A DNA stretch of 64,000 nucleotides from Bacteroidales bacterium (GTDB lineage Bacteria; Bacteroidota; Bacteroidia; Bacteroidales; JAAUTT01), in assembly GCA_025361285.1 (NCBI GenBank), contig JANYAP010000090.1, positions 8,176 to 72,175 of the forward strand. The letters are read 5' to 3'. Made by a program: the position numbers and the translations under genes. Of the stretch, positions 47,776 to 57,832 are shown piece after piece. Position 1 is the first letter of the stretch; every line of letters begins with the position of its first letter. The notes under the pieces are model-generated. The model was not told the origin of the DNA, ran no database searches, and saw only the letters and a list, made by a program, of their open reading frames with translations.

Positions 47776-50700
47776 TTAATCGTGCTTCGAAAACTTATCG
47801 GCAATTTGTTCAATTTTATCGAATATGTTTTTTATAAGCCTGAAATACAGTATTGTATATAATAATCCGATAGTAAGCCATAGAACCAAAATGTTAACCC
47901 AAAGTGTACTAAAAAACATTCCAAACACTTGTTTTTGAGGTGCATAGAAATGTGCCTTTATTAGTTTCGAATCGGGGTTAAGGTATATTGGATCGGCTTT
48001 CTGAAATAACTCCCCGCCATATTCAACAATTTTATCAACTTCGTTGGAGTTTGTAACAAACTCAGTAAGTTTTTCGTTATGGTTACTCATTTTAAGCTGC
48101 AAAAACGATGCCTTTTGTTGTGGCGTTTGTTGCAAATTACTAATTATGGCATCGCGCTCGTTGTTTGCTTTGTTGTATAACCTTATGTAATACTTATTTA
48201 GTTTGTCGAGATGTTCCGACAAAGCATTTAAATTTTCTACGGTAATTGTATTGGCGTTAATATTTTCTACCTCATTAAATTTGAGAAGCTTATTGGATGA
48301 ATTTTCCTTTTTAATTTCGTTATGCAAAACTAGTAAATTGTTAGCTAACAAGCCTTTGTCTTCAGGACTTGATAACTGCTGTGAGGCGTAATCGACCTTA
48401 TTTTTCAAATTTCTATACCAAAAGTCCTTTTTGTAGTGCGCCTTACTCATAATTTTTTCGAATGGGTACAAAAGCTTCTCGTAATCGTTATGCATAAATT
48501 GCTGTACAGCTAATGCTTCGTATGCCCAGCGGGCTGCAATAATTTCGCCATAAAATGGAACCTTATGCGGCGTGGATAGGGCAGGGTTTAGCTTGTCGTA
48601 TTTTACTATTACACCGCTTAAAATAATTTGAGGAATTACAAGGAATGGTATTAGTATATAAATAGTTACTACGGTTTTGAAGCTGTCGGAAATAACTAGT
48701 CCAACCACGTTCGATCCGGCCCAGGCGCTAAAAAGTACAATCCAGTATTCGAAATACATTCCTTTTATCTCGATAATTGAATTGCCAACCAATACGAAGG
48801 CAAGGGCTTGCAGTGCCGAAATAGAAAATAGTATAGCAATTTTCGACATCAGGTAGCTAGCCCAACTTAGATTAAGAAATGCTTCGCGTTTAAGAATTTT
48901 ACGATCTTTAATAATTTCCTCGGCACTAACCGACAGCCCAACAAAAATGGCAACTATTACCGACATGAAAATATATACTGGCAAGTTGCTGTTGCCGCTT
49001 AGGGTATAGCCTTCGGCGCTTGTAACGTTAAAATATTTAATAAGGTAGGCTAAAATAAAAGCTAAAAGTGGCGCTTCGAACAAATTTATTATAAGGTATT
49101 GTGTATTTGCTAGTTTCGATAAAACATCGCGTTTTATAAAAACTAAAAATTGCCTTAATAAACCAGGTATTTTAAAATGAATATATGGCTTATCGAACAC
49201 ATTATTAGGTACTTTAGGTTGGGAAGCTATATAATTCAAAAAATGTTCGTTCCACTCTTTCGGCGACACTTTACGGGTATGTGTAATTTTCCCGTATTCG
49301 TCTAACACTCTCGATTCCACTATGTTAAATACCTGCTCGGGGTTTACATTACCGCAAATATGGCATTCGCTTTCGTTCCAGTTGGCATGGTGCATTCGCG
49401 ATTTAAAGTAAATGATCGATTCAATGGGATCGCCGTTGTATATTAAATATCCTCCCGAATCGAGAATTAGTAGCTTGTCGAACATTTTAAAAATATCCGA
49501 CGATGGCTGATGTATAACCACAAATACCAGTTTACCTTTAAATGTTAGTTCTTTAAGTAAATCCATAATATTCTCCGAATCGCGCGACGATAGTCCCGAT
49601 GTGGGTTCATCGAGAAAAAGAATACTTGGCTCGCGAATAAGTTCGAGCGCTATGTTAAGTCGTTTTCGCTGTCCACCGCTAATTTTCTTATTAAGTGGCG
49701 AGCCTACTTTCATATCCTTAATATCAAATAAACCAAGGCTTTGAAGCATGTCGGTTACTATCTGACGTATTTTAGGATCGGTAATATTATCGAAACAAAG
49801 TTTAGCGTTGTAGTATAGGTTTTCGAATACGGTAAGATCCTCAATAAGAAGATCGTCCTGCGATACGTATCCTATAACACCTTCTGTTTCTTTTCGTTGA
49901 GTATGAATATTAATTCCATTAACTAGAATTTCGCCACACGATGGCTTGCTCGAACCATTAAGTACATTCAAGAGCGTTGATTTACCTGCTCCGCTAGCTC
50001 CCATAATTCCTACCAATCGGCCCGATTCTTCAGAAAAGCTCATCTGCTGCAAACCAGCCTTTCCGCCTTTAAAATGGTATTCGATATTATTTACTTCGAA
50101 AATTATTTTCGAACCATCCATACCATTATGAAAAAAAGTAACCACATCGCTAAAATATATTGGTTTAATTTGCGGGTTGCGAATGCTAGAGCCAGTATTA
50201 AACACATGTACTTTATCGTGCGGTAAAAGCTGACCATTAAGATATATTTCACTTTCGCCTAAATACCTCACTAAAAATAGGTTAGCCGAAACTACTTGTA
50301 AAACTCGAACTTGCCCGTCTAAACCATCGGAATATATGTGTCGTGTTCCATCGAACTGAAAATCTTTTATATTATTGATAATTACCACCTTATTTGTAGG
50401 TTGCAAAAGATCGGAAGGGTATAAAACAAAATCGCTAATCAATGAAAATTCGTCGGCAGGAATTTTAAATGTTTCGGATACCGTTGAAATGAAAGCCAGC
50501 TCTTGCTCAGTTATTTCTTCGGTTGGTGGTATATCGGATTTTACGAATTCCAAAAGCTGTATTAATACTATAACCTTCTGTTTTTGAAGTAGTTCCTCGT
50601 TAAGCTCGGTGCAAATTACTAAAAGGCGTACTGAACTTGCCGATGTACGTTTGTCGCTGCGGCTTGTTTCTGTAAGCTTTTTTTGAAGCATCCGATAATA

Positions 50701-50856
50701 TGTGTCGAATACTTTCAAATATTCCTGCACAAGTTCGGCGTTAAGCTGCCGTTTTAAAAAATTTTCTACAACAATTCTTCTGTCATGACGGTTGCTTTGA
50801 GGCCTTGCAATAATAGCAAACAACTGCATTAAAGCTTTTAAAATCTGTTCACTCAT
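47776..50856 (-). CDS. Fused ABC transporter (ATPase plus ABC-2-type permease, ABCG-like) with a ~270-aa N-terminal extension
   Basis: 1026 aa. Walker A 'GASGAGKST', signature 'SGGQRKRL', Walker B 'ILFLDEPTSGL', then ~6 TM helices and a C-terminal TM helix. The N-terminal extension is not ABC-like. It may be TerB-like plus FHA-like, but this is unverified. Confidence 0.85.
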   Translation of the reverse strand: MSEQILKALMQLFAIIARPQSNRHDRRIVVENFLKRQLNAELVQEYLKVFDTYYRMLQKKLTETSRSDKRTSASSVRLLVICTELNEELLQKQKVIVLIQLLEFVKSDIPPTEEITEQELAFISTVSETFKIPADEFSLISDFVLYPSDLLQPTNKVVIINNIKDFQFDGTRHIYSDGLDGQVRVLQVVSANLFLVRYLGESEIYLNGQLLPHDKVHVFNTGSSIRNPQIKPIYFSDVVTFFHNGMDGSKIIFEVNNIEYHFKGGKAGLQQMSFSEESGRLVGIMGASGAGKSTLLNVLNGSSKPSCGEILVNGINIHTQRKETEGVIGYVSQDDLLIEDLTVFENLYYNAKLCFDNITDPKIRQIVTDMLQSLGLFDIKDMKVGSPLNKKISGGQRKRLNIALELIREPSILFLDEPTSGLSSRDSENIMDLLKELTFKGKLVFVVIHQPSSDIFKMFDKLLILDSGGYLIYNGDPIESIIYFKSRMHHANWNESECHICGNVNPEQVFNIVESRVLDEYGKITHTRKVSPKEWNEHFLNYIASQPKVPNNVFDKPYIHFKIPGLLRQFLVFIKRDVLSKLANTQYLIINLFEAPLLAFILAYLIKYFNVTSAEGYTLSGNSNLPVYIFMSVIVAIFVGLSVSAEEIIKDRKILKREAFLNLSWASYLMSKIAILFSISALQALAFVLVGNSIIEIKGMYFEYWIVLFSAWAGSNVVGLVISDSFKTVVTIYILIPFLVIPQIILSGVIVKYDKLNPALSTPHKVPFYGEIIAARWAYEALAVQQFMHNDYEKLLYPFEKIMSKAHYKKDFWYRNLKNKVDYASQQLSSPEDKGLLANNLLVLHNEIKKENSSNKLLKFNEVENINANTITVENLNALSEHLDKLNKYYIRLYNKANNERDAIISNLQQTPQQKASFLQLKMSNHNEKLTEFVTNSNEVDKIVEYGGELFQKADPIYLNPDSKLIKAHFYAPQKQVFGMFFSTLWVNILVLWLTIGLLYTILYFRLIKNIFDKIEQIADKFSKHD

Positions 50857-51208
50857 ACTATGAGACTATATTATTTCTCTTAAGCTCTTTAACAATATTC
50901 AAATAATTAAAAGTAGTTTTAGTTACTACAAGGTACACAATGATAGCAAATAGTTAGCAAAGTTTTTGTATTTATTCTGGCAAAAAGAATATTCTTTTTA
51001 CGTAGAGTGAATAGTAAGGTTGTAAAAAAATAATAGAAATATAGTTTGTTATTAATAAGATAGTTAAATGCAAAATATGCATTTTTTCATATTGTAGATA
51101 AGTACAAATGCTAATTAAGGGTTAAAGAGCCCTTGGGTTTAGTCAAAGGTTTCAAAATTCATTAATAATTAATGCTTTAGCCAAAAAATAATAGAAGAAT
51201 AAGCAATA

Positions 51209-51376
51209 TAGTGACTCTAAGAAAACTCTTCTTTGGTTACTTTTTTCGATAACTTAGCGAAGCGTTCTCATGAGCGAAAGCGAATAAAAAAGTAACAAGA
51301 AAAATATTTGAAACTTATTGTAAATATTGACATACAACTATATTTTTGACATTTTAACGAGTTTTCTTAGTAACAC
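51209..51376 (-). mobile_element. Family-D MITE-like element, full copy (168 bp)
   Basis: Terminal inverted repeats 'gtgactctaagaaaactc' and 'gagttttcttagtaacac' (16/18). Internal 11-bp inverted repeat 'gttactttttt/aaaaaagtaac' and palindrome 'ctcatgag'. It aligns to 25409-25519. Confidence 0.75.
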
Positions 51377-51385
51377 TATAGAGTG

Positions 51386-52636
51386 TTACGCATTATATTT
51401 TCGAAACAGGGTAATTACGTTCTGACCTCCAAACCCAAACGTATTGTTCATTGCAACGTTAACTTCGCGTTTTTGGGCAATGCCAAGTGTTAAGTTTAAC
51501 TCGCTGGATATTAGTGGATCGACATTTGCTGTATTTATAGTAGGAGGGATGATGTTGTTTTTAACGGCGTTAATGCAGGCAATAGCTTCAATTACACCAG
51601 CTGCTCCAAGTAAATGCCCTGTCATTGATTTTGTGGCACTTACCGAAATATTTTTTGTATGGTCGCCAAATACATCGCAAATAGCTTTTAATTCGCACAA
51701 ATCGCCTAGCGGTGTAGAAGTAGAATGCCCGTTTATATAATCCACTTGCGATGCATTTATTTGCGCATTTTGCATTGTTAGTGTCATTGCTCTGTTAACT
51801 CCTTCGCCATCAGGGTGTGGGGCAGTTATATGATATGCATCGCACGTCATTGCACCACCAATAATTTCGGCATAAATATTAGCACCTCTTCGTTGTGCAT
51901 GCTCTAATTCTTCAAGTACAATTGCACCAGCACCTTCGGCCATAACAAAACCATCGCGCGAGGTATCGAAAGGGCGGCAAGCAGTTTCATATTCATCGTT
52001 ATTGGTCGATAGAGCCATCGCTGCATTAAAAGCGCCAATACCAGTTTCGGCAATAGCAGCCTCGGAACCTCCACAAAGTATTATGTCGGCGTTGCCCATG
52101 CGTATTTGATTTAGTCCATCGAGTATTGCTACATTCGACGATGCACAAGCGGCAACAGGAGCATAATTAATACCTTTGAAACCGTATTTAATAGCAATTA
52201 ATGCTGCTCCTATATTAATAATCATTCTAGGAAGAAAAAAAGGCGTAAAGCGAGGTATATTGCCGTGTCGAACGTAATCGAAAACTTGCTCCTCAAGTGT
52301 GTTTACACCTCCATAGGCGCTGCCCCAAATTACACCTACGCGTGTTTTATCAACTGCATTTAAATCGATGTTTGAATTAGTAACAGCTTCTTGCGCAGCA
52401 ACTAGTGCGTATTGGCAAAATAAGTCGAGTTTACGCAATTCCTTCCTATCGAAATGATTTTCAGGTACAAATCCTTTCAATTCGCATGCAAATTTTGTTT
52501 TAAAATGCGTTGTATCAAAAGTAGAAATCAGATTCACTCCGTTTTTACCATTAATAATGCCGTCTAAAAACTCATTAATCGAATTTCCTATTGGTGTTAA
52601 TGCACCCATTCCTGTTACAACAACCCTTTTACCCAT
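51386..52636 (-). CDS. fabF: Beta-ketoacyl-ACP synthase II
   Basis: 416 aa. Active-site region 'PVAACASS', 'HSTSTP' and 'GHLLGAAG'. Confidence 0.93.
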   Translation of the reverse strand: MGKRVVVTGMGALTPIGNSINEFLDGIINGKNGVNLISTFDTTHFKTKFACELKGFVPENHFDRKELRKLDLFCQYALVAAQEAVTNSNIDLNAVDKTRVGVIWGSAYGGVNTLEEQVFDYVRHGNIPRFTPFFLPRMIINIGAALIAIKYGFKGINYAPVAACASSNVAILDGLNQIRMGNADIILCGGSEAAIAETGIGAFNAAMALSTNNDEYETACRPFDTSRDGFVMAEGAGAIVLEELEHAQRRGANIYAEIIGGAMTCDAYHITAPHPDGEGVNRAMTLTMQNAQINASQVDYINGHSTSTPLGDLCELKAICDVFGDHTKNISVSATKSMTGHLLGAAGVIEAIACINAVKNNIIPPTINTANVDPLISSELNLTLGIAQKREVNVAMNNTFGFGGQNVITLFRKYNA

Positions 52637-52763
52637 GATTTAAAAATATAAGTATCTATATTTAAGGCTATTAAAAAACAAATAATTTTTTTTCAAGATA
52701 TATACTTTATTTGAAAATTGAATGATTTTAAATATAGAAGTTTTTAGTATTGTGCGTTCAATT

Positions 52764-52892
52764 AATTAGTGTCCATCCGTAACAGGCGAAACCTTTTCTA
52801 AAACAACATATTATAAGCTTATTGCAGCGTACAAACGAATACTCAATGGAAAGGTTTCGCCTGTAGCAGTATACTACGGATAGACACTAATT
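52764..52892. repeat. 129-bp two-helix inverted-repeat element (outer helix 17 bp with 1 mismatch, inner helix 15 bp perfect)
   Basis: 'aattagtgtccatccgt' pairs with 'acggatagacactaatt'. 'acaggcgaaaccttt' pairs with 'aaaggtttcgcctgt'. The loop is 53 nt. Confidence 0.85.
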
Positions 52893-52976
52893 ATTCTTCT
52901 GTAATCCAATCGATCGTTTCAAATTATTTATCGAAAATCATGCTAATAAACATCATTTAAGGCAGCCTAAATGTTA

Positions 52977-52984
52977 TACTTTTG
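52977..52984 (+). promoter_or_regulatory. Candidate -7 box (TACTTTTG) for gcvT
   Basis: Perfect TAnnTTTG match ending 17 nt before the ATG. Confidence 0.4.
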
Positions 52985-53001
52985 TGCAAAAAAAATAAAT
53001 A

Positions 53002-54090
53002 ATGAAACGTACAGTTTTTTACGATATACATAAAGCACTGGGTGCTCGCATAGTACCGTTTGCTGGTTACGAAATGCCAGTAGAATATTCGGGCGTTACT
53101 CTCGAACATCTTGCCGTTCGCAATTCGGTAGGGGTTTTCGATGTATCGCACATGGGCGAATTTTGGGTTAAAGGTCCTAAAGCATTCGATTTAATTCAAA
53201 AAGTAACCTCCAACGATGCCTCGAAATTATTTATCGGAAAAACCCAATACTCGTGCTTTCCCAATGGCAAAGGCGGTATTGTTGACGATTTAATAGTTTA
53301 CAAATACGCCAACGATAAATACTTGCTTGTAGTAAACGCATCAAACATTGATAAGGATTGGGCTTGGATAAATAGCCAAAATACCTTTGGTGCCGAATTG
53401 GAAAACGCATCCGATAAAATATCGCAGCTGGCCATTCAGGGTCCAAATGCAGTGAAAGTATTGCAAAAATTAACAAAAGTTAATCTTTCAGCGATACTTA
53501 CCTATACATTTGTAGTTGAGGAGTTTGCAGGTGCGAAGGAGGTAATAATTTCATATACGGGATACACTGGTGCAGGTGGTTTTGAATTATATTTCTATAA
53601 TAATGATGGAGTAAATATTTGGAATAAAATTTTCGAAGCAGGCGAGGAATTTGGTATTAAGCCAATTGGTTTGGCAGCCCGCGATACTCTTCGCCTCGAA
53701 ATGGGCTATTCGTTATACGGTAATGATATTGACGACACTACCTCATCGATAGAAGCTGGTTTGGGTTGGATTACTAAATTTTCTGATGGTAAGGATTTTA
53801 TCGATCGCGAATATCTTTTAAACCAGAAAACAAAAGGCGTTGAGCGCAAACTTGTTGGTTTCGAGATGCTTGAAAAAGCAATTCCCCGTAACGGCTATGC
53901 TATTGTAAACGAGAATGGCACCGAAATAGGAGTTGTTACATCAGGAACTATGTCACCATGTCTTAAAAATGGTATTGGCATGGGATATGTAAAATCAACG
54001 TACTCACTAATTGATAGCGAGATATCTATAAATATTAGGAATAAACAAATTAAGGCAAAAGTGGTTAAAATGCCGTTTTATTCTAAATAA
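53002..54090 (+). CDS. gcvT: Glycine cleavage system aminomethyltransferase (T protein)
   Basis: 362 aa. '[12 protein letters not shown]...EH.AVR...GVFDVSHMG' N-terminal block. Confidence 0.93.
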   Translation: MKRTVFYDIHKALGARIVPFAGYEMPVEYSGVTLEHLAVRNSVGVFDVSHMGEFWVKGPKAFDLIQKVTSNDASKLFIGKTQYSCFPNGKGGIVDDLIVYKYANDKYLLVVNASNIDKDWAWINSQNTFGAELENASDKISQLAIQGPNAVKVLQKLTKVNLSAILTYTFVVEEFAGAKEVIISYTGYTGAGGFELYFYNNDGVNIWNKIFEAGEEFGIKPIGLAARDTLRLEMGYSLYGNDIDDTTSSIEAGLGWITKFSDGKDFIDREYLLNQKTKGVERKLVGFEMLEKAIPRNGYAIVNENGTEIGVVTSGTMSPCLKNGIGMGYVKSTYSLIDSEISINIRNKQIKAKVVKMPFYSK

Positions 54091-54165
54091 TGTTTTAGAT
54101 TTGTATCTGATAATAAGGTATGGCATAGAGATATTGCTCTTTATGCCATTTTTTAATTTGATAAA

Positions 54166-54894
54166 ATGGAAGTTGTTACTAAAAAAGTTGAAGTTTGTTT
54201 TTCGCCAGCACTGTTCAATTACTACCAAAACCCCGAAGCTATTGTGGTTGTTGTTGACGTTCTGCGCGCTACATCCGCCATCTGCGCTGCTTTTATGAAT
54301 GGTGTGGAAAAAGTTATTCCAATTGGCACCGTTGAAGAAGCTATAGAATATAAAAATAAAGGATATTTAGTTGCTGCTGAGCGCGATGGCTTTGTGCTCG
54401 ACTTTGCCGATTTCGGCAATTCGCCATTTAACTTTACCGCTAACCGAGTAAAAGGTAAAACAATTGTTTACAGCACAACCAATGGTACTCAGGCAATTAA
54501 CATAGCCAGTTCGTGTTATAGTGTTGTTATTGGGGCGTTTATAAATATTTCGGCACTTTCAAATTGGTTAAAAAAACAGCAACGCGATGTAATTATTTTT
54601 TGTGCCGGTTGGAAAGGTCGGTTTAGCTTAGAGGACACTATTTTGGCCGGAGCACTTACCGAAAAATTACTCGAAAGTGCTAGTTATGAAACTGTTTGCG
54701 ATTCGGCATTGGCATCACTCGACTTATGGTATGTAGCCAAACCTAATCTTTTAGTTTATATCAACAAAACGGCTCAGCGCAACCGACTTAAAAAAAATGG
54801 TCTCGACGATGTAATTGAATATTGCCATACACCTGACATTACTGATATTATACCAATTTACACTAACGGCTTTTTAACAGCAATAACCCAATAA
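54166..54894 (+). CDS. comB: 2-phosphosulfolactate phosphatase family protein
   Basis: 242 aa. 'VVVDVLRATS' and 'FGNSP' blocks. Confidence 0.8.
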   Translation: MEVVTKKVEVCFSPALFNYYQNPEAIVVVVDVLRATSAICAAFMNGVEKVIPIGTVEEAIEYKNKGYLVAAERDGFVLDFADFGNSPFNFTANRVKGKTIVYSTTNGTQAINIASSCYSVVIGAFINISALSNWLKKQQRDVIIFCAGWKGRFSLEDTILAGALTEKLLESASYETVCDSALASLDLWYVAKPNLLVYINKTAQRNRLKKNGLDDVIEYCHTPDITDIIPIYTNGFLTAITQ

Positions 54895-55044
54895 TTAAAA
54901 ATTTAATTAACAATTTCTTGATAATAATTAGCTCATTTGTACAGTTATTCTTTAAAAATAGTAACAAAATTCAATTAACTTTGGCTTGTTTTTTAAATTA
55001 CAGTAAATTTTAATTTCAACATATAACCAAAACCTCACTTTGCA

Positions 55045-56115
55045 ATGAAAAAATACAATTTTAATGCTGGTCCATCTATCTTACCCGAGTTTACAATTCA
55101 GGAAACTGTTAAAGCTATTCAAAACCTTAATGGCAGTGGATTCTCGTTAATGGAAATATCGCATCGTAGTAAGGATTTCGAAGCTATTTTAGCCGAAACA
55201 ATAACTTTGTTTAAAGAATTACTTCAAATTCCCGATGGTTATTCATTATTGTTTCTTGGCGGTGGTGCTAGCTTGCAGTTTTGCATGATACCGTACAACT
55301 TTCTAAACACAAAAGCAGCGTACCTTAATACTGGCGTATGGGCTTCAAAGGCTTTAAAAGAAGCTAAATTCTTTGGCGAAACGGTTGAAGTAGCTACTTC
55401 GAAAGATAAAAACTTTAATTACATACCAAAAGGATATGTTGTACCTGCCGATGCCGATTATTTTCATATAACAACAAACAATACTATATACGGAACTGAA
55501 ATACACACCGATATCGATTCGAAAGTACCACTTATTGCCGATATGTCGTCGGATATTTTGAGCCGTACAATGGATGTTTCGAAGTATGCTTTGATATATG
55601 GTGGTGCTCAGAAAAACCTTGGACCAGCAGGTGTTACGTTCGTAATTATTAAAAACGAACTTTTGAAAAGTCAAAAAAAACAAATTCCTTCTATACTTGA
55701 TTATAAGCAACATATCGAAAACGATTCGATGTATAATACACCACCGTGTGTGCCTATTTACGCATGTTTGCAAACATTAAAATGGATTAAAAATTTAGGC
55801 GGTGTTGCCGAACTCGAAAAAATAAACATTAAAAAGGCTCAAATTCTTTATGATGAAATAGATAGAAACAAAATTTTTAAAGGAACTGCCGTTAAAGAAG
55901 ATAGATCGTTAATGAACGTTTGCTTTGTTATGAGCGAGCCTTTTGCAGCACTCGAGGATGAATTTATGGAATTTACCAAGAAAAAAGGAGTTGTTGGTAT
56001 AAAAGGTCATCGTTCGGTTGGTGGCTTCCGAGCATCTATATACAATGCAATGCCAATCGAAGGCGTTCAGGTATTGGTTGATGCAATGAAAGAATTTGAA
56101 AAATTGAAAGTTTAA
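55045..56115 (+). CDS. serC: Phosphoserine aminotransferase
   Basis: 356 aa. '[11 protein letters not shown]' N-terminus and '[13 protein letters not shown]' PLP-Lys region. Confidence 0.93.
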   Translation: MKKYNFNAGPSILPEFTIQETVKAIQNLNGSGFSLMEISHRSKDFEAILAETITLFKELLQIPDGYSLLFLGGGASLQFCMIPYNFLNTKAAYLNTGVWASKALKEAKFFGETVEVATSKDKNFNYIPKGYVVPADADYFHITTNNTIYGTEIHTDIDSKVPLIADMSSDILSRTMDVSKYALIYGGAQKNLGPAGVTFVIIKNELLKSQKKQIPSILDYKQHIENDSMYNTPPCVPIYACLQTLKWIKNLGGVAELEKINIKKAQILYDEIDRNKIFKGTAVKEDRSLMNVCFVMSEPFAALEDEFMEFTKKKGVVGIKGHRSVGGFRASIYNAMPIEGVQVLVDAMKEFEKLKV

Positions 56116-56170
56116 AATAATACCTAATACTAAGTACTAGGTACTAGGTACTTAGTAATTAGTAATTACC
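56116..56170. repeat. gtact/ggtact/agtaatt word array starting directly after the serC stop
   Basis: 'aataatacctaatactaagtactaggtactaggtacttagtaattagtaattacc'. Confidence 0.75.
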
Positions 56171-56190
56171 GTAACAATAATAATTATACA

Positions 56191-57114
56191 ATGAAAAAAG
56201 TATTAATAGCCACCGATAAGCCTTTCGTAAAGGTTGCTGTCGATGGGATTCGTAAAATTGTGGAAGGTGCTGGTTATCAGTTAGCTCTTCTTGAAAAATA
56301 TACTCAAAAAAGCGAGTTGTTGCAAGCTGTTTCCGATGCAAATGCAATTATTATTCGTAGCGATATTATTGATAACGAAGTAATTGAAGCCGCTAAAAAT
56401 CTAAAAATTGTAGTTCGTGCCGGTGCAGGTTACGATAATATCGACCTAGAAGCTGCTACAAAGAATAATGTTGTGGCTATGAACACCCCTGGCCAAAATG
56501 CAAATGCAGTTGCCGAACTAGCTTTTGGCATGATGGTTTACATGGCGCGTAATACATTCAATGGCTTGTCGGGTACAGAGTTGCGAGGCAAAACTATTGG
56601 TATACACGCTTATGGAAACGTGGGCAAATATGTTGCACTTATTGCCAAAGGTTTTGGAATGGATGTTTATGCTTACGACCCCTTTGTTGCCGACGAAGTA
56701 ATTAAAAATGACGGCATTAAGCCTTTAAAATCGGTCGACGAGCTTTATTCCACTTGTCAGTATGTTTCGCTGCATATACCAGCAACCAAGGACACAAAAG
56801 GATCAATTAATTTAGATCTTTTGTCGAAAATGCCACAAGGTGCAACCCTAGTAAATACTGCTCGCAAGGAAGTTATCGACGAAGCTTCGTTGCAAAGAAT
56901 ATTCGAAACTCGAAGCGATTTTCGCTATGTATCCGATGTGGCACCCGATAATGCAGCAATATTAATTGAAAAATTTGCAAGTAAAATATATTGCACCCCT
57001 AAAAAAACTGGCGCACAAACCGAGGAAGCCAATATTAACGCTGGGTTAGCTGCAGCACGCCAAATTGTCGATTTCTTCGAAAAGGGCGATGTTAAATTTA
57101 AGGTGAATAAGTAA
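56191..57114 (+). CDS. serA: D-3-phosphoglycerate dehydrogenase (short, D-2-hydroxyacid dehydrogenase family)
   Basis: 307 aa. NAD-binding 'GIHAYGNVG', 'VSLHIP', and its position next to serC. Confidence 0.85.
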   Translation: MKKVLIATDKPFVKVAVDGIRKIVEGAGYQLALLEKYTQKSELLQAVSDANAIIIRSDIIDNEVIEAAKNLKIVVRAGAGYDNIDLEAATKNNVVAMNTPGQNANAVAELAFGMMVYMARNTFNGLSGTELRGKTIGIHAYGNVGKYVALIAKGFGMDVYAYDPFVADEVIKNDGIKPLKSVDELYSTCQYVSLHIPATKDTKGSINLDLLSKMPQGATLVNTARKEVIDEASLQRIFETRSDFRYVSDVAPDNAAILIEKFASKIYCTPKKTGAQTEEANINAGLAAARQIVDFFEKGDVKFKVNK

Positions 57115-57363
57115 AAACCCAAACTCATTGTTGGGTTATCAACTTAAAAATGAGTTTGGTCAAATTTTAACTTCCATTTAAAAAAAGACTTAGCATTAAA
57201 GGCATGCATTTATGCAGTACGCCTAATTGGTTACATATTTCATATAGTTTATTTTCTAAGTTGGTCAAACATAGCGTCCATCGTGTTGTTCAATGCCTAT
57301 TTTACAGGGCAAATTGAAGTAACTTCGAGCCATCGATATTTGATAACTTTTTAATAAACAACG

Positions 57364-57639
57364 ATGGAAATAACTAGATTACTTACCATTATTGGCTTAG
57401 CGCTAAGCACGTTTGGAACTATTTTAATCTGGATTGATAGTCAGTTGTTTATAAAGCGTATTATGACTTTCCTTTTGGAAGTTATCTATACCATTGGTGT
57501 TAAGCAGGAAAAGAATGAAAATCAGAATCGTATAAACGCCCTTCGAAAATCAATTCAGGAATCTACACGCCTAAAAATGAGAGGCTTTTTGCTTTTGTTC
57601 CTCGGATTTATTGTTCAAATACTGTCGTTATTGATATAG
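57364..57639 (+). CDS. Small two-TM membrane protein, hypothetical
   Basis: 91 aa. Hydrophobic N- and C-terminal helices flank a charged linker. No homology was recognised. Confidence 0.45.
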   Translation: MEITRLLTIIGLALSTFGTILIWIDSQLFIKRIMTFLLEVIYTIGVKQEKNENQNRINALRKSIQESTRLKMRGFLLLFLGFIVQILSLLI

Positions 57640-57790
57640 GTTTATGGTGTTGATCCATCAACTAAAGATTACATATTTTCTAGTTGCACTTCACCATTGA
57701 AGTCAACGTTACCGCCAAAAATTTTACAAATCAAGCCTAACTGTTTGTAAATTAAATTTCAATTAACCAACTAATGCTGAGTGTGTTAAT

Positions 57791-57824
57791 TGAGACTCAG
57801 GTAAATAAAATACCTTGAGTCTCA
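57791..57824. terminator. Possible bidirectional hairpin between convergent genes
   Basis: 'tgagactcaggta-aataaaa-taccttgagtctca' has a ~13-bp stem with one bulge. There is no clear T-run. Confidence 0.3.
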
Positions 57825-57832
57825 TAATGATA

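Noticed and set aside
52637-53001. Glycine riboswitch upstream of gcvT
   Set aside because: I saw no tandem aptamer features and no conserved GGAGAG/CACCG-type cores. The structured element present (52764-52892) is a simple long inverted repeat.
55035-55042. TCACTTTG as the serC -7 promoter box
   Set aside because: It has one mismatch to TAnnTTTG and ends only 2 nt before the well-supported ATG ([14 protein letters not shown]). A start site downstream of it would fall inside the coding sequence.
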